From NCBI GenBank assembly GCA_037137395.1, contig JBAXKK010000010.1:1-45680 (forward strand): DNA of 45,680 nucleotides, written 5' to 3'. Positions 35,491-44,375 of the stretch are shown piece by piece (positions within the stretch are counted from its first letter, which is position 1; every line of letters begins with the position of its first letter). The notes under the pieces were generated by a model. It worked only from the letters and a program-made list of their open reading frames with translations, was not told the DNA's origin and did not search any database. This DNA comes from Elusimicrobiota bacterium (GTDB lineage Bacteria > Elusimicrobiota > Elusimicrobia > Elusimicrobiales > UBA9959). A program made the translations under genes and the position numbers.

Positions 35491-36393
35491 ATGAAAGAAA
35501 CAAAAGTAGAAGCTAAGACCATACAGGACGCTGTTGAGATAGGCCTCATAGAACTGGGCCTCAGACGCGACCAGGTTGAAGTTGTTGTAGTGAGCGAGGG
35601 AACAAAAGGTTTCCTCGGTTTAGGTGCAAAAAAAGCATGCGTAATGCTACGCGAGAAAAAATGGACCGGAGGCGGTCATCATGAAGAGCGCGACACCCGT
35701 CGCGAACGCCCTTCATCCGGCCGCGGCAGAAGCGATGCTCCCCGCCGCGACGGAGGTCCCAGACGCGACAGATATGACGCAAGACCCCGCCCAGCGCGCC
35801 CGTCCCAAGACAGGCCTTATCCGGAGAGACGCCCTGACGCCGGTTACGCGAGACGACCCGACGCGGTCTACCAGGATATCAGCCTGGCCATGGAAGCCGT
35901 GCAGGCGCCGGAAGATCCCATGGAACACGCGAAGTTAGCGCTGACTACAACCCTTAAACTGATGGGCCTTGAAGCCAGCATCACTGATACCAGGCACGAC
36001 GCCGCAGAAGGGATCATCTCCATGAAATTCGACTCCCCGGACGCGACGGTATTCACCGCCGAGAACGCCAGAGGCCTGCAGTCCCTTCAGTTCCTTATCA
36101 ACTCCATAATCAACAAAAACCGCAAGAACCGGATATCTGTAAGGATAGATACCGCCGACTACTGGAACAAAAAGGAAGAGGAACTTGCGCTAAAAATGGA
36201 AGCGGTTGTAAAGGATGTTATTGGAACCGCCCGCCCCTACCGCCTGGAACCGATGTCCGCGCCTTTGCGCAAATTCGTACACAGCCTTATAAAGGCCAAG
36301 TATCCGGAAGTGGAGACGCTTTCGGAAGGCGAAGGTAAATGGCGCAAGGTCGTCATACGCCCGGTTACGCAGAAAGAAACCGCGCAGCAGTAA
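35491..36393 (+). CDS. jag: Jag/EloR/KhpB RNA-binding protein
   Basis: Jag_N domain (EAKTIQDAV..GL..LG, KGFLGLG), R/D/P-rich linker, KH-like domain, R3H (LEPM...RKFVH, SEGEG..RKVVI). Confidence 0.9.
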   Translation: MKETKVEAKTIQDAVEIGLIELGLRRDQVEVVVVSEGTKGFLGLGAKKACVMLREKKWTGGGHHEERDTRRERPSSGRGRSDAPRRDGGPRRDRYDARPRPARPSQDRPYPERRPDAGYARRPDAVYQDISLAMEAVQAPEDPMEHAKLALTTTLKLMGLEASITDTRHDAAEGIISMKFDSPDATVFTAENARGLQSLQFLINSIINKNRKNRISVRIDTADYWNKKEEELALKMEAVVKDVIGTARPYRLEPMSAPLRKFVHSLIKAKYPEVETLSEGEGKWRKVVIRPVTQKETAQQ

Positions 36394-36400
36394 TCACAAC

Positions 36401-36506
36401 AGTGGCAAGTGGATAGTGGCGAGTGGACAGTGTAGAGAGGGTTGAGAGACAACCAGTAAAAAGGACTCTTAAAATCTCTACGCAATACACTCTACACTAT
36501 CCACTT
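36401..36506. repeat. AGTGGCG-type two-armed heptamer repeat
   Basis: AGTGGCA AGTGGAT AGTGGCG AGTGGAC AGTGTAG ... CACTCTA CACTATC CACT. Confidence 0.72.
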
Positions 36507-36541
36507 TTAACATCTTGGCACGCCACTCTCTCGACTTCCTT

Positions 36542-37924
36542 ATGCTCATCCCAGACACCACCCAGACCATAGTGGCGCCGGCATCGGCACCGGGCCTCGG
36601 CGCCATAGCGGTGGTGCGGCTTTCCGGGCCGGATGCGCATAAGATAGCATCCGCCTTCCTCAGACCTCTCTCCGCTTTTAAAAAACCAAGGCCGGGATCG
36701 TCCTATCTGCTGAACGCTGAAGAAAACGGCCGTCTTCTGGACAAAACTGTCGTCATTTTCTACCGCGCGCCGAAGAGTTACACCGGAGACGATATGGTGG
36801 AGATTTTCTGCCACGGTTCGCCTTATATAATTTCCAGGCTGCTGCGTCTCGCAATAGCCAACGGGGCCCGCGAGGCCGCACCCGGCGAATTCACGCTGCG
36901 GGCCTTTATGAACGGCAAGATTGACCTGACCCAGGCCGAAGCCGTGAACGATCTCATAATCTCAGAAAGCGAAGCTTCCCACCGGGCGGCTATTACACAG
37001 GTGGAGGGGGAGGTTTCCGCCCGCATCAGGAAACTGCGCGAGCGCCTTGTGGATCTGCTGAGTGAATTGGAGGTCAGACTTGACGACGCCTACGGCGAAC
37101 TCCCGGCATTGCACCCCGGAGCTTTCGCCGGACGGACGGCCGCGGCCGCGGCTGGAATAAAAACTCTGGCTGACAGTTTTGAACATGGGCGGCATTTAAA
37201 ACACGGCCTTCATGTGACCATCGCCGGGGCGCCCAACTCAGGCAAATCGTCGCTTTTAAACAGGGTCACGGGCAACAAACGCGCGATCGTATCGCCAAAA
37301 GCCGGAACCACCCGCGACACGATAGAAGAAAGGATGAATCTCTCCGGATTTACCGTAATTTTTACTGATACCGCCGGGATAAGCCCCGCTTCCGAAGACG
37401 CCGTGGAGCGCGAAGGGATGCGACGCTCGATCAAGGCACTTAAGGCGGCCGATATCATACTTTGGGTCCGCGATCTTTCAAAAAAAGATTCCTCAGCCGA
37501 CCGCAGGGTGGCGGATGCGATCAAGCGCGCCGCCGCGCCCGGAACCGAACTTATAAAAGTATTTAATAAAAGCGACCTGCCGCCGGCAAGAGCGCCGGGA
37601 GAAACGGCGGGAGGGATCAGTATTTCATGCAAAACAGGGCGGGGCATAGACGCTTTAAAACGCCTGCTGGTCGGAGAGGAAAAAAAGATGTTCTCAGCCG
37701 AGTCTTCTTCGGTGATAACCTCAGCCAGGCACTATTCCGCGCTGCTCAGCGCTCACGGCGAACTGACGCGGATCGGGGGCCTTGTGCACGGGCCGAAATT
37801 CCCTCTGGAACTAGCCGCGGAACATCTCAGAGGCGCGCTGAACGCCTTAGCTGATATTCTGGGTGAAACGACACCGGAGGATATTTTGGGCAGAATTTTT
37901 GAGAAATTTTGCGTCGGAAAATAA
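36542..37924 (+). CDS. mnmE: tRNA modification GTPase MnmE (TrmE)
   Basis: PKSYTGDDMVEIFCHG, GEFTLRAFMNGKIDLTQAEA, GAPNSGKSSL, GTTRD, DTAG, NKSD, FCVGK. Start ATG 36542. Confidence 0.97.
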   Translation: MLIPDTTQTIVAPASAPGLGAIAVVRLSGPDAHKIASAFLRPLSAFKKPRPGSSYLLNAEENGRLLDKTVVIFYRAPKSYTGDDMVEIFCHGSPYIISRLLRLAIANGAREAAPGEFTLRAFMNGKIDLTQAEAVNDLIISESEASHRAAITQVEGEVSARIRKLRERLVDLLSELEVRLDDAYGELPALHPGAFAGRTAAAAAGIKTLADSFEHGRHLKHGLHVTIAGAPNSGKSSLLNRVTGNKRAIVSPKAGTTRDTIEERMNLSGFTVIFTDTAGISPASEDAVEREGMRRSIKALKAADIILWVRDLSKKDSSADRRVADAIKRAAAPGTELIKVFNKSDLPPARAPGETAGGISISCKTGRGIDALKRLLVGEEKKMFSAESSSVITSARHYSALLSAHGELTRIGGLVHGPKFPLELAAEHLRGALNALADILGETTPEDILGRIFEKFCVGK

Positions 37925-37959
37925 GGCGGAATCCGGTTGTACGGATTAAAGATAGTTTT

Positions 37960-38013
37960 TACTTACAACTTTATGACTTATGACTTACACCTTATCACTT
38001 AATCCTTACACCT
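37960..38013. repeat. CTTA-type heptamer tandem repeat
   Basis: CTTATGA CTTACAC CTTATCA CTTAATC CTTACAC CTT. Confidence 0.68.
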
Positions 38014-38023
38014 TGTTCTTACC

Positions 38024-38791
38024 ATGAAAAGATTTAAAAGCATTTTATTGATGGCTAAAAAGACACTGACGGACCCGGCTGGGGCGGCTGCGGATTTTAT
38101 GGCACCCGGCGCTGGATTCGGCGACCCGCTAGCCGTCTATTTTGCCTATTGCGCGGCCTACGCCCTATTGCTTTATATTAAGCCCGTAGATTTTCCGTCC
38201 GATTTTTCGGAAACTGCCAGAGAATTCTCCGGCAAGTCCTACGCCTGGCTCTTAGCAGTTCACTCCTTTCTTGATTTAGCCTTCAGCTGCACCTTATGCG
38301 CGATATTCGCGACGTTTGCTGGCTTCATGAAAGACGGCAGGCTGATCTTCAGGTTGTTATGCGGATGCGCCGTCTGTGGCGCTTACGCGGCTGCGGCCTT
38401 CTATTACAAAGCGGAACCGCTGTTCGCTTTACCTTTTCTGACAGCCGCTGGCGCCGCGGCGTACGCCGGGGTGCGCGCTAAAACAAAGGAAGCATTGGCT
38501 TTTTTTCGCTTCTCGCTCGTGGCAAACGCCGCCATGCTTATCTGCCTGCCGGCGTCCCTGCTTGCGGCGATCACGCGCAACGAAACGCTCTACACTGCGG
38601 CAGAATTCGCCGGGGGGATCTGGTTGATGGTCCTGATCATAAAAGCCGCTAAGGCTATTTTCGGGGGAACAACAGTGCGCTCAACCCTGACCCTCCTGTT
38701 CTCCATGACAGCGGCTGTACTATCTTTTTATACGCTAAAGAACCTCGGAATCATACCGTCCTCAGTTTTCAGATTCATGATGTTTATGTGA
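38024..38791 (+). CDS. Hypothetical polytopic membrane protein (possibly Yip1-like)
   Basis: 255 aa with about 7 hydrophobic segments; stop lies 4 nt before mnmG. Confidence 0.75.
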   Translation: MKRFKSILLMAKKTLTDPAGAAADFMAPGAGFGDPLAVYFAYCAAYALLLYIKPVDFPSDFSETAREFSGKSYAWLLAVHSFLDLAFSCTLCAIFATFAGFMKDGRLIFRLLCGCAVCGAYAAAAFYYKAEPLFALPFLTAAGAAAYAGVRAKTKEALAFFRFSLVANAAMLICLPASLLAAITRNETLYTAAEFAGGIWLMVLIIKAAKAIFGGTTVRSTLTLLFSMTAAVLSFYTLKNLGIIPSSVFRFMMFM

Positions 38792-38795
38792 ACTT

Positions 38796-40637
38796 ATGGC
38801 TTATTTCGACTATCCCGGTAATTTTGACATCATAGTTGTAGGTGGCGGACACGCCGGCTGCGAGGCCGCCTTGGCCGCCTCGGGTATGGGCATGAAAACA
38901 TTAATGATCACCCAGGACCTGGATACTATAGCTCTGATGTCATGCAACCCCTCAATAGGGGGCGTGGGTAAAGGCCAGATAGTCAGAGAGCTGGACGCGC
39001 TGGGCGGCCGCATGGCCCGCGTCACGGATTTTTCAACTCTGAGCGCGCGTATGCTCAACACTTCGCGCGGCGCGGCCGTCCACTCACCCAGGGCTCAATG
39101 TGATAAAAAATTGTACCAGTCGGCCATGAAGCACGCCCTTGAGCTGGCCGAGAACCTGGCCCTGATGCAGGACGAAGCGGCGCAGATCTGGACCGAAGGC
39201 TCCAAACTCCGTGGCGTAATTACCGCGCGCAACACGCGTTACAAGGCCGGATGCGTCATTCTTACCACCGGCACATTCCTGAATGGCGTAGTGCACATCG
39301 GCTCCTCGTCTTTCCGGGGCGGACGCTATAACCATCCGCCATCCGACGGCCTGTCTCCGTCGCTGGCGGCGCTGGGAATCAAACTCGGGCGGCTTAAGAC
39401 CGGAACTCCGATGCGCCTGAACGGGCGTACCATAGATTTCTCGAAGTGTGAAGAGCAGAAGCCCGATGAACCGCCGGCGCTTTTCTCACACTTCACCGGA
39501 CGCACGGAGCGCACGCTCCTGTCCTGCTGGATAACGCGCACCGGTTCGCGCGCCGCCGCCGTAGTCAGGGCCAACCTTAACAGATCTCCGCTTTACTCTG
39601 GACGCATAAAATCCGCGGGGCCGAGATACTGTCCCTCAATCGAAGACAAAATAGTCAAATTCCCTCACCATCCCGAACACATCCTGTTCCTGGAACCGGA
39701 AGGGTTCGATACCGAGGAGTACTATGTTAACGGACTCTCCACCAGCCTGCCGGAAGAAGTGCAACTGGAACTGGTGCACTCGGTAAAAGGGCTGGAGCGC
39801 GCCGAGCTTATGCGCGCGGCCTACGCCATCGAGTATGACTATTGTCCGCCGCAGCAGCTGGATTACAATCTTGAATCCAAGACGCTGCCTGGGCTATTTA
39901 TGGCGGGTCAGATAAACGGCACAACAGGATATGAAGAAGCCGCGGCGCAGGGCCTTATTGCCGGGATAAATGCAGCCCTGAAACTCAAAAATCTGGCGCC
40001 GCTTATTCTAGGCAGGGACGAATCCTACATAGGCGTGATGATAGACGATTTGATCTCCAAAGGCGTGGACGAACCCTACCGTATTTACACAGCCCGCGCG
40101 GAATATCGCCTGCTTCTGCGCCAGGACAACGCGGATCTGAGGCTCATGCCGCACGGCTTCCGGATCGGCCTGGTGCCTGAAAGATTTAAAACTGGTTTCG
40201 AGCTTTACAAAAACACCGTGGAGCTCTTCAGGTCCCGCAATAAAAAATTCGGCGGCGCGTCAAAGGCCTGCGCCCGTCAAACCGCCTCCGATCATCCGGA
40301 GACCGACGGCGCCATGGCCCCCTGGACCCGGGCGAAAGCTGAGGCAACGGCCAAAATTGAAAAGGAATACGCCTCCTATATCGCGCTCAATATACGCGAG
40401 GCCGAAAAAATGAAGCGTTTTGAACATGTCATTATACCGGAGAAGCTGGATCTGGCAGCCATTACCGGCCTCTGCCTGGAGTCCAAACAAAAATTGCTCA
40501 AGGTTCGCCCCGGGACGCTAGCCCAGGCCGCGAGGATTCCCGGAATAACCCCGACCGATATACAGCTTTTATGGGTGCATGTAAGCCGTATGACAAAAGT
40601 AAATACCAAAATCTCGAATCGGGGCGGACGGACTTGA
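38796..40637 (+). CDS. mnmG: tRNA uridine-5-carboxymethylaminomethyl modification enzyme MnmG (GidA)
   Basis: VGGGHAGCEAA, MSCNPSIGGVGKG, RLKTGTP, GPRYCPSIEDK, AGQINGTTGYEEAAAQG. Confidence 0.97.
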   Translation: MAYFDYPGNFDIIVVGGGHAGCEAALAASGMGMKTLMITQDLDTIALMSCNPSIGGVGKGQIVRELDALGGRMARVTDFSTLSARMLNTSRGAAVHSPRAQCDKKLYQSAMKHALELAENLALMQDEAAQIWTEGSKLRGVITARNTRYKAGCVILTTGTFLNGVVHIGSSSFRGGRYNHPPSDGLSPSLAALGIKLGRLKTGTPMRLNGRTIDFSKCEEQKPDEPPALFSHFTGRTERTLLSCWITRTGSRAAAVVRANLNRSPLYSGRIKSAGPRYCPSIEDKIVKFPHHPEHILFLEPEGFDTEEYYVNGLSTSLPEEVQLELVHSVKGLERAELMRAAYAIEYDYCPPQQLDYNLESKTLPGLFMAGQINGTTGYEEAAAQGLIAGINAALKLKNLAPLILGRDESYIGVMIDDLISKGVDEPYRIYTARAEYRLLLRQDNADLRLMPHGFRIGLVPERFKTGFELYKNTVELFRSRNKKFGGASKACARQTASDHPETDGAMAPWTRAKAEATAKIEKEYASYIALNIREAEKMKRFEHVIIPEKLDLAAITGLCLESKQKLLKVRPGTLAQAARIPGITPTDIQLLWVHVSRMTKVNTKISNRGGRT

Positions 40638-41293
40638 TGGATGAGATAATCAAAGAAACCCTGTTAAAATGGAATCTGGCCCTGACAGAAGAGCAGGCCG
40701 CCAGACTCGAACTTTTTAAAGAAGAGCTGCTGGAAAAGAACTCGCGCTTTAATCTGGTTTCCCAAAATGACGCCGGAGATCTCTGGCCGCGTCATATATT
40801 GGACGCTCTGGCCGGCGCCCCGCTCCTGGCAAGGCTGCTCAAGCCGGGCGACAGCGTCGCCGACGCGGGGGCCGGGGCCGGCTTCCCTGGCATACCGCTT
40901 GCCGTCGCGCTGGAACCGACAGCTTTCGACTTATGGGACTCCAGCCTCAAACGCTCAATGTTTCTTACCTGCGCGGCCTCCCGCCTAAAATTAAAAACCG
41001 TCCGCGCCCTGCATCTGCGCATAGGACAGAGCGGCCCGGTCGGGACCGGGAAATACGGCGCCGTGGTTGAACGCGCCATGGGAAAACTTGAAAACATACT
41101 GCCTCAATGCTTAAATATGGTTAAAAGCGGCGGGGTCTTTCTGGCCTGGCAAACCGCCGCGCAGCTGGCCCAGGAGCGGCCGGCCGCCAAAGAAGCCGCG
41201 CGCAAATCCGGGGCGGAGTTGGCCGAGATAGCGTCGTACAGGCTGCCGGGAGAAAAAGATGACAGATCTATACTCGTGTTCAGAAAGGTATGA
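40637..41293 (+). CDS. rsmG: 16S rRNA m7G527 methyltransferase RsmG (GidB)
   Basis: RHILDAL, DAGAGAGFPGIPLA, ERA. ATG 40637 overlaps the mnmG stop (TGATG). Confidence 0.94.
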   Translation: MDEIIKETLLKWNLALTEEQAARLELFKEELLEKNSRFNLVSQNDAGDLWPRHILDALAGAPLLARLLKPGDSVADAGAGAGFPGIPLAVALEPTAFDLWDSSLKRSMFLTCAASRLKLKTVRALHLRIGQSGPVGTGKYGAVVERAMGKLENILPQCLNMVKSGGVFLAWQTAAQLAQERPAAKEAARKSGAELAEIASYRLPGEKDDRSILVFRKV

Positions 41294-41399
41294 TAATGCA
41301 GAGGTAGATAGGATGCCCGCAGAAAGAGAGTAGGGCCGGAATACGGATCTTGATACTTCCTTTTAATTTTTATTCGTCGTTTCTATACTTCGCCGCTAT

Positions 41400-42512
41400 A
41401 TGGATATTCTAGGAAAGCTAAGGGTGATCTTCTGGGGCCTTGTTGTGGGGCTTTGGGGGCTTTTTATGTATCAGTACATAAGTGACGACCTGGCCCCGGT
41501 CCCTAAAATCCAGATTACAAGAAACCCCTTCTCCGGCAAACCCATGGCGGACAGGGTGACTGAGACCACCCAGACCTACGCGCCTTACGTCCAGTCCGCG
41601 ACTGCGGTTCAGTCCGATCGACCCGCGCAGCCGGGCTCGCACCTGATCAGCCCTTTGGCGGGGGGGCTGGATATAAAGGGAATAGGCGCGGATGCCGAAA
41701 TGATGCCCGAGCACTCCGCGCAAGAAAAAACGACGGTCGCGCAAAGCGTGTCGGACAAAGAGGAGGCCCCGCCGCAGGCCCCGCCCGGCTTCGCGATGAA
41801 AACGACGCGCAATTTCATAATCTACGAAGAGGGCGCGGAAGTTTCCAAAGACCTGCTTAAAAATATGGAAAGCCTGCATGGCAATATCATGCTGGACCTT
41901 ATAGCTTTTTCGCCATGGACCAGGGACAGAAAAGTCTTCGTTTATTTCACCAACAGCCAGGACACATACAAACGCCTGACCGGACGCCCGGCCTGGTCGG
42001 GCGGCGTGGCGTCTTTGAGCGAGCGGAAAATATATCTTTTTAAGAGCGAAGAGGCGTTCGGAATACTGGCGCATGAACTCACACATATTTATTTTGACAG
42101 CTTTTTCCCGTCTGACCGCCAAAGCCCGCTGTGGCTGAGCGAAGGCATGGCGACTTATGTGCAGTCGGAAAGAGGCCATTCCACTCCGCGCTGGCTGACG
42201 CAAAATCTCGCATTACTTGGCAAAGGCGAGGGGTTCAAGCTGGCCGATATGGTGCGCATAGAAAACATGCAGGGAGCTGACGAAGACAGCGTGCGGCTCT
42301 GGTACGCGCAGTCCTACAGCATCGTCAGGTTCCTTACGCGGATGCGGGCGGGCGAGGCTTTTTATCTGTTTTGTAAAGGCTTAAGAGATGGAACACCTGT
42401 ACCCCAAGCGCTTTTTCAGGCTTACGGAATGCCTTACAATAAACTTTCTTCGCTGGAATACGCCTGGCGCTACGACCTGAAAACCGGCAAAATTTCCGGC
42501 GCGACCCACTAA
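41400..42512 (+). CDS. Membrane-anchored peptidase MA-like (gluzincin) metallohydrolase
   Basis: N-terminal TM; PAWSGG, LAHELTH (HExxH), PLWLSEGMATY, YAQSYS.V.FL. Confidence 0.8.
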   Translation: MDILGKLRVIFWGLVVGLWGLFMYQYISDDLAPVPKIQITRNPFSGKPMADRVTETTQTYAPYVQSATAVQSDRPAQPGSHLISPLAGGLDIKGIGADAEMMPEHSAQEKTTVAQSVSDKEEAPPQAPPGFAMKTTRNFIIYEEGAEVSKDLLKNMESLHGNIMLDLIAFSPWTRDRKVFVYFTNSQDTYKRLTGRPAWSGGVASLSERKIYLFKSEEAFGILAHELTHIYFDSFFPSDRQSPLWLSEGMATYVQSERGHSTPRWLTQNLALLGKGEGFKLADMVRIENMQGADEDSVRLWYAQSYSIVRFLTRMRAGEAFYLFCKGLRDGTPVPQALFQAYGMPYNKLSSLEYAWRYDLKTGKISGATH

Positions 42513-42614
42513 TCCTCCAGTACTCTAGTCCTCTAATCCTCCAATACCGCGACTGTTTTCACGCCGTTTTTAATCAAAAAGTTATTACATATCAACGCTT
42601 TTTTTAATTTGGCA

Positions 42615-42643
42615 TTGACAACCACCAAAGCATTCACTATACT
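42615..42643 (+). promoter_or_regulatory. Sigma70 promoter of the mraZ/dcw cluster
   Basis: TTGACA-17 bp-TATACT. Confidence 0.82.
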
Positions 42644-42651
42644 CTAAGTCC

Positions 42652-42711
42652 AGTGGTTTAAAGTGGTGGATAATGTTAGTAAGTGGTTTATAATGTTGTA
42701 AAATGTAACCA
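42652..42711 (+). promoter_or_regulatory. Putative MraZ operator (10-bp phased GTGG-type repeats)
   Basis: AGTGGTTTAA AGTGGTGGAT AATGTTAGTA AGTGGTTTAT AATGTTGTAA AATGTAACCA, directly downstream of the promoter. Confidence 0.75.
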
Positions 42712-42739
42712 TTGATTACCCGGCTGCAGCACTAATTTT

Positions 42740-43189
42740 ATGAGCACTCTTTACGGCGAATACTCTTACGTGATGGATTCAAAAAATCGCATGTTCATTC
42801 CCGCGCGATTTCGGGAAGAACTCCGCAAAGAGGACAAGAACTATTTCATGCTTTCCATAGGACTTGACCGCTGCCTCTACCTTTTTATGCCGTCAAAATG
42901 GGAAGAACTTATAGCCAATAATATGGAGATTTTTAAATCGGAAAACAAGGAAGAGGAGCGTGCATTCAAAAGATTTTTCTTTGGCAACGCGGCCGACGCC
43001 CAGCTGGACGAACAGGGCAGGATACTTGTGCCGCAGAATCAAAAAAACTACGCCGCCCTTAAAAAGGACATCATGATACGGGGCGTTGGGAACAAGGCGG
43101 AAATATGGGATGCGCAGAACTGGGTGAAGTACAAAAAAGACGTGATGGAACCCTCGTTCAAAAAATTCAGCAAGATTTTCGATTTATAA
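42740..43189 (+). CDS. mraZ: Transcriptional regulator MraZ
   Basis: GEY...MDSKNRMFIPARFR, GLDRCLYLF, LDEQGRIL.P, GVGNKAEIWD. Confidence 0.96.
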   Translation: MSTLYGEYSYVMDSKNRMFIPARFREELRKEDKNYFMLSIGLDRCLYLFMPSKWEELIANNMEIFKSENKEEERAFKRFFFGNAADAQLDEQGRILVPQNQKNYAALKKDIMIRGVGNKAEIWDAQNWVKYKKDVMEPSFKKFSKIFDL

Positions 43190-43236
43190 ACAGCCGGGCA
43201 TTGCCGCCCGCCCGGGCACTTAAAGGACACAATTCA

Positions 43237-44124
43237 ATGGATGGGAATTACACGCACCTGCCGGTGCTTTTAGAAGAAACAACGCAACTGCTGATAACTG
43301 ACAAGTCCGGAATTTATATCGACGCGACGCTGGGACTCGGCGGCCACACCATAAAAATGCTCTCTATCCTGGACGATAAGGCAAAGGTGCTAGGCGTAGA
43401 CTGGGATCCGGAAATGGCGGCTCTTGCCGCTAAAAATCTTGAGCCTTACGGGCCGCGGGCGAAAGTTATCCAGGGCAATTTCGCGAACATAGATGAGATT
43501 CTTAAACGTGAGAATCTGGGGGGGATAACAGGCATATTGTTCGATTTGGGGATCTCCTCACTGCATTTTGACAAGCCGTCGCGGGGATTCAGTCTCAAGC
43601 ACGAAGGCCCGCTGGATATGCGCATAAATTCCGGCAACCCGCTGACCGCGTACAGCATAATAAACCACTGGCCTTACGAGCAGATAGAACATCTGATCCG
43701 CGTCTGCGGCGAACGCCATTCAAATAAGATAGCCCGCGCCATAGTGGATAAACGGTCCGCCAAGCCCATGGAGACCACAGCGGAGCTGAGGGATTTAATA
43801 GAAAGGGTTGTTCCTTTCAGAGGCGAAAAGATTCACCCGGCTACCAAAACGTTCCTGGCTCTGAGAGTGGCGGTCAATTACGAATTTGACAATCTTACCA
43901 GAGGCATACAAAAAGCGATGCCGTTCCTTACCAAGGGCGCCAGAATGGGGATAATAACATTTCACTCCCTGGAGGACAGGATAGTTAAAGAGACTTTTAA
44001 GATCATGGCTGACATGGGCGATTGGAAGATGGTGACCAGAAAGCCGGTCATCCCTTCCGAAGCGGAAGTGGCGACAAACAAGAGAGCCCGCAGCGCAAAA
44101 CTGCGCGTCATAGAAAAAGCGTAG
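43237..44124 (+). CDS. rsmH: 16S rRNA m4C1402 methyltransferase RsmH (MraW)
   Basis: HLPVLLEE, DATLGLGGHT, DLGISS..D...RGFS...GPLDMR, HPATKTF.ALR..VN, ITFHSLEDRIVK, N.RARSAKLR. Start ATG 43237. Confidence 0.97.
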   Translation: MDGNYTHLPVLLEETTQLLITDKSGIYIDATLGLGGHTIKMLSILDDKAKVLGVDWDPEMAALAAKNLEPYGPRAKVIQGNFANIDEILKRENLGGITGILFDLGISSLHFDKPSRGFSLKHEGPLDMRINSGNPLTAYSIINHWPYEQIEHLIRVCGERHSNKIARAIVDKRSAKPMETTAELRDLIERVVPFRGEKIHPATKTFLALRVAVNYEFDNLTRGIQKAMPFLTKGARMGIITFHSLEDRIVKETFKIMADMGDWKMVTRKPVIPSEAEVATNKRARSAKLRVIEKA

Positions 44125-44188
44125 TTTTAAGCCAGGCGGTCATCCGCCCCAAGCATTAAGCGAGGGGCGCGACAGTGAGGAGGAAAGT

Positions 44189-44359
44189 ATGAATCCGGAA
44201 AACATCCTTAGGACTGGTTCAAAAATAGGCAAGTTCCTCGGCGGCCGGGCCGCTAAATCCAAGCTTAGCGGGCTCAAAGCCGCCGTCTGTCCGACCAAGA
44301 TATTCTACCTCTGGGAAAAGCACGGCATCAAAAGAATAGAACTCTTTAGCATGGAATAA
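44189..44359 (+). CDS. Small basic hypothetical protein (56 aa) between rsmH and ftsL
   Basis: Not in the ORF track. Strong SD GAGGAGG 5 nt before the ATG; MNPENILRTGSKIGKFLGGRAAKSKLSGLKAAVCPTKIFYLWEKHGIKRIELFSME; stop 16 nt before ftsL. Confidence 0.62.
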   Translation: MNPENILRTGSKIGKFLGGRAAKSKLSGLKAAVCPTKIFYLWEKHGIKRIELFSME

Positions 44360-44375
44360 GTCCGGCGGAGCATTT

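Noticed and set aside
41418..42203. 261-aa minus-strand ORF
   Set aside because: Antisense shadow of the peptidase gene; no motifs; typical of GC-rich DNA.
2256..42548. CRISPR array
   Set aside because: The repeats are 7-8 bp tandem units without unique 30-40 bp spacers, and there are no cas genes.
12902..43237. Long N-terminal extensions given by the ORF track for the FAD subunit, cyclase, rseP, cdsA, nadE, mnmE, rsmG and rsmH
   Set aside because: They overlap upstream genes or repeats; downstream ATGs match family N-termini and SD or stop-start coupling.
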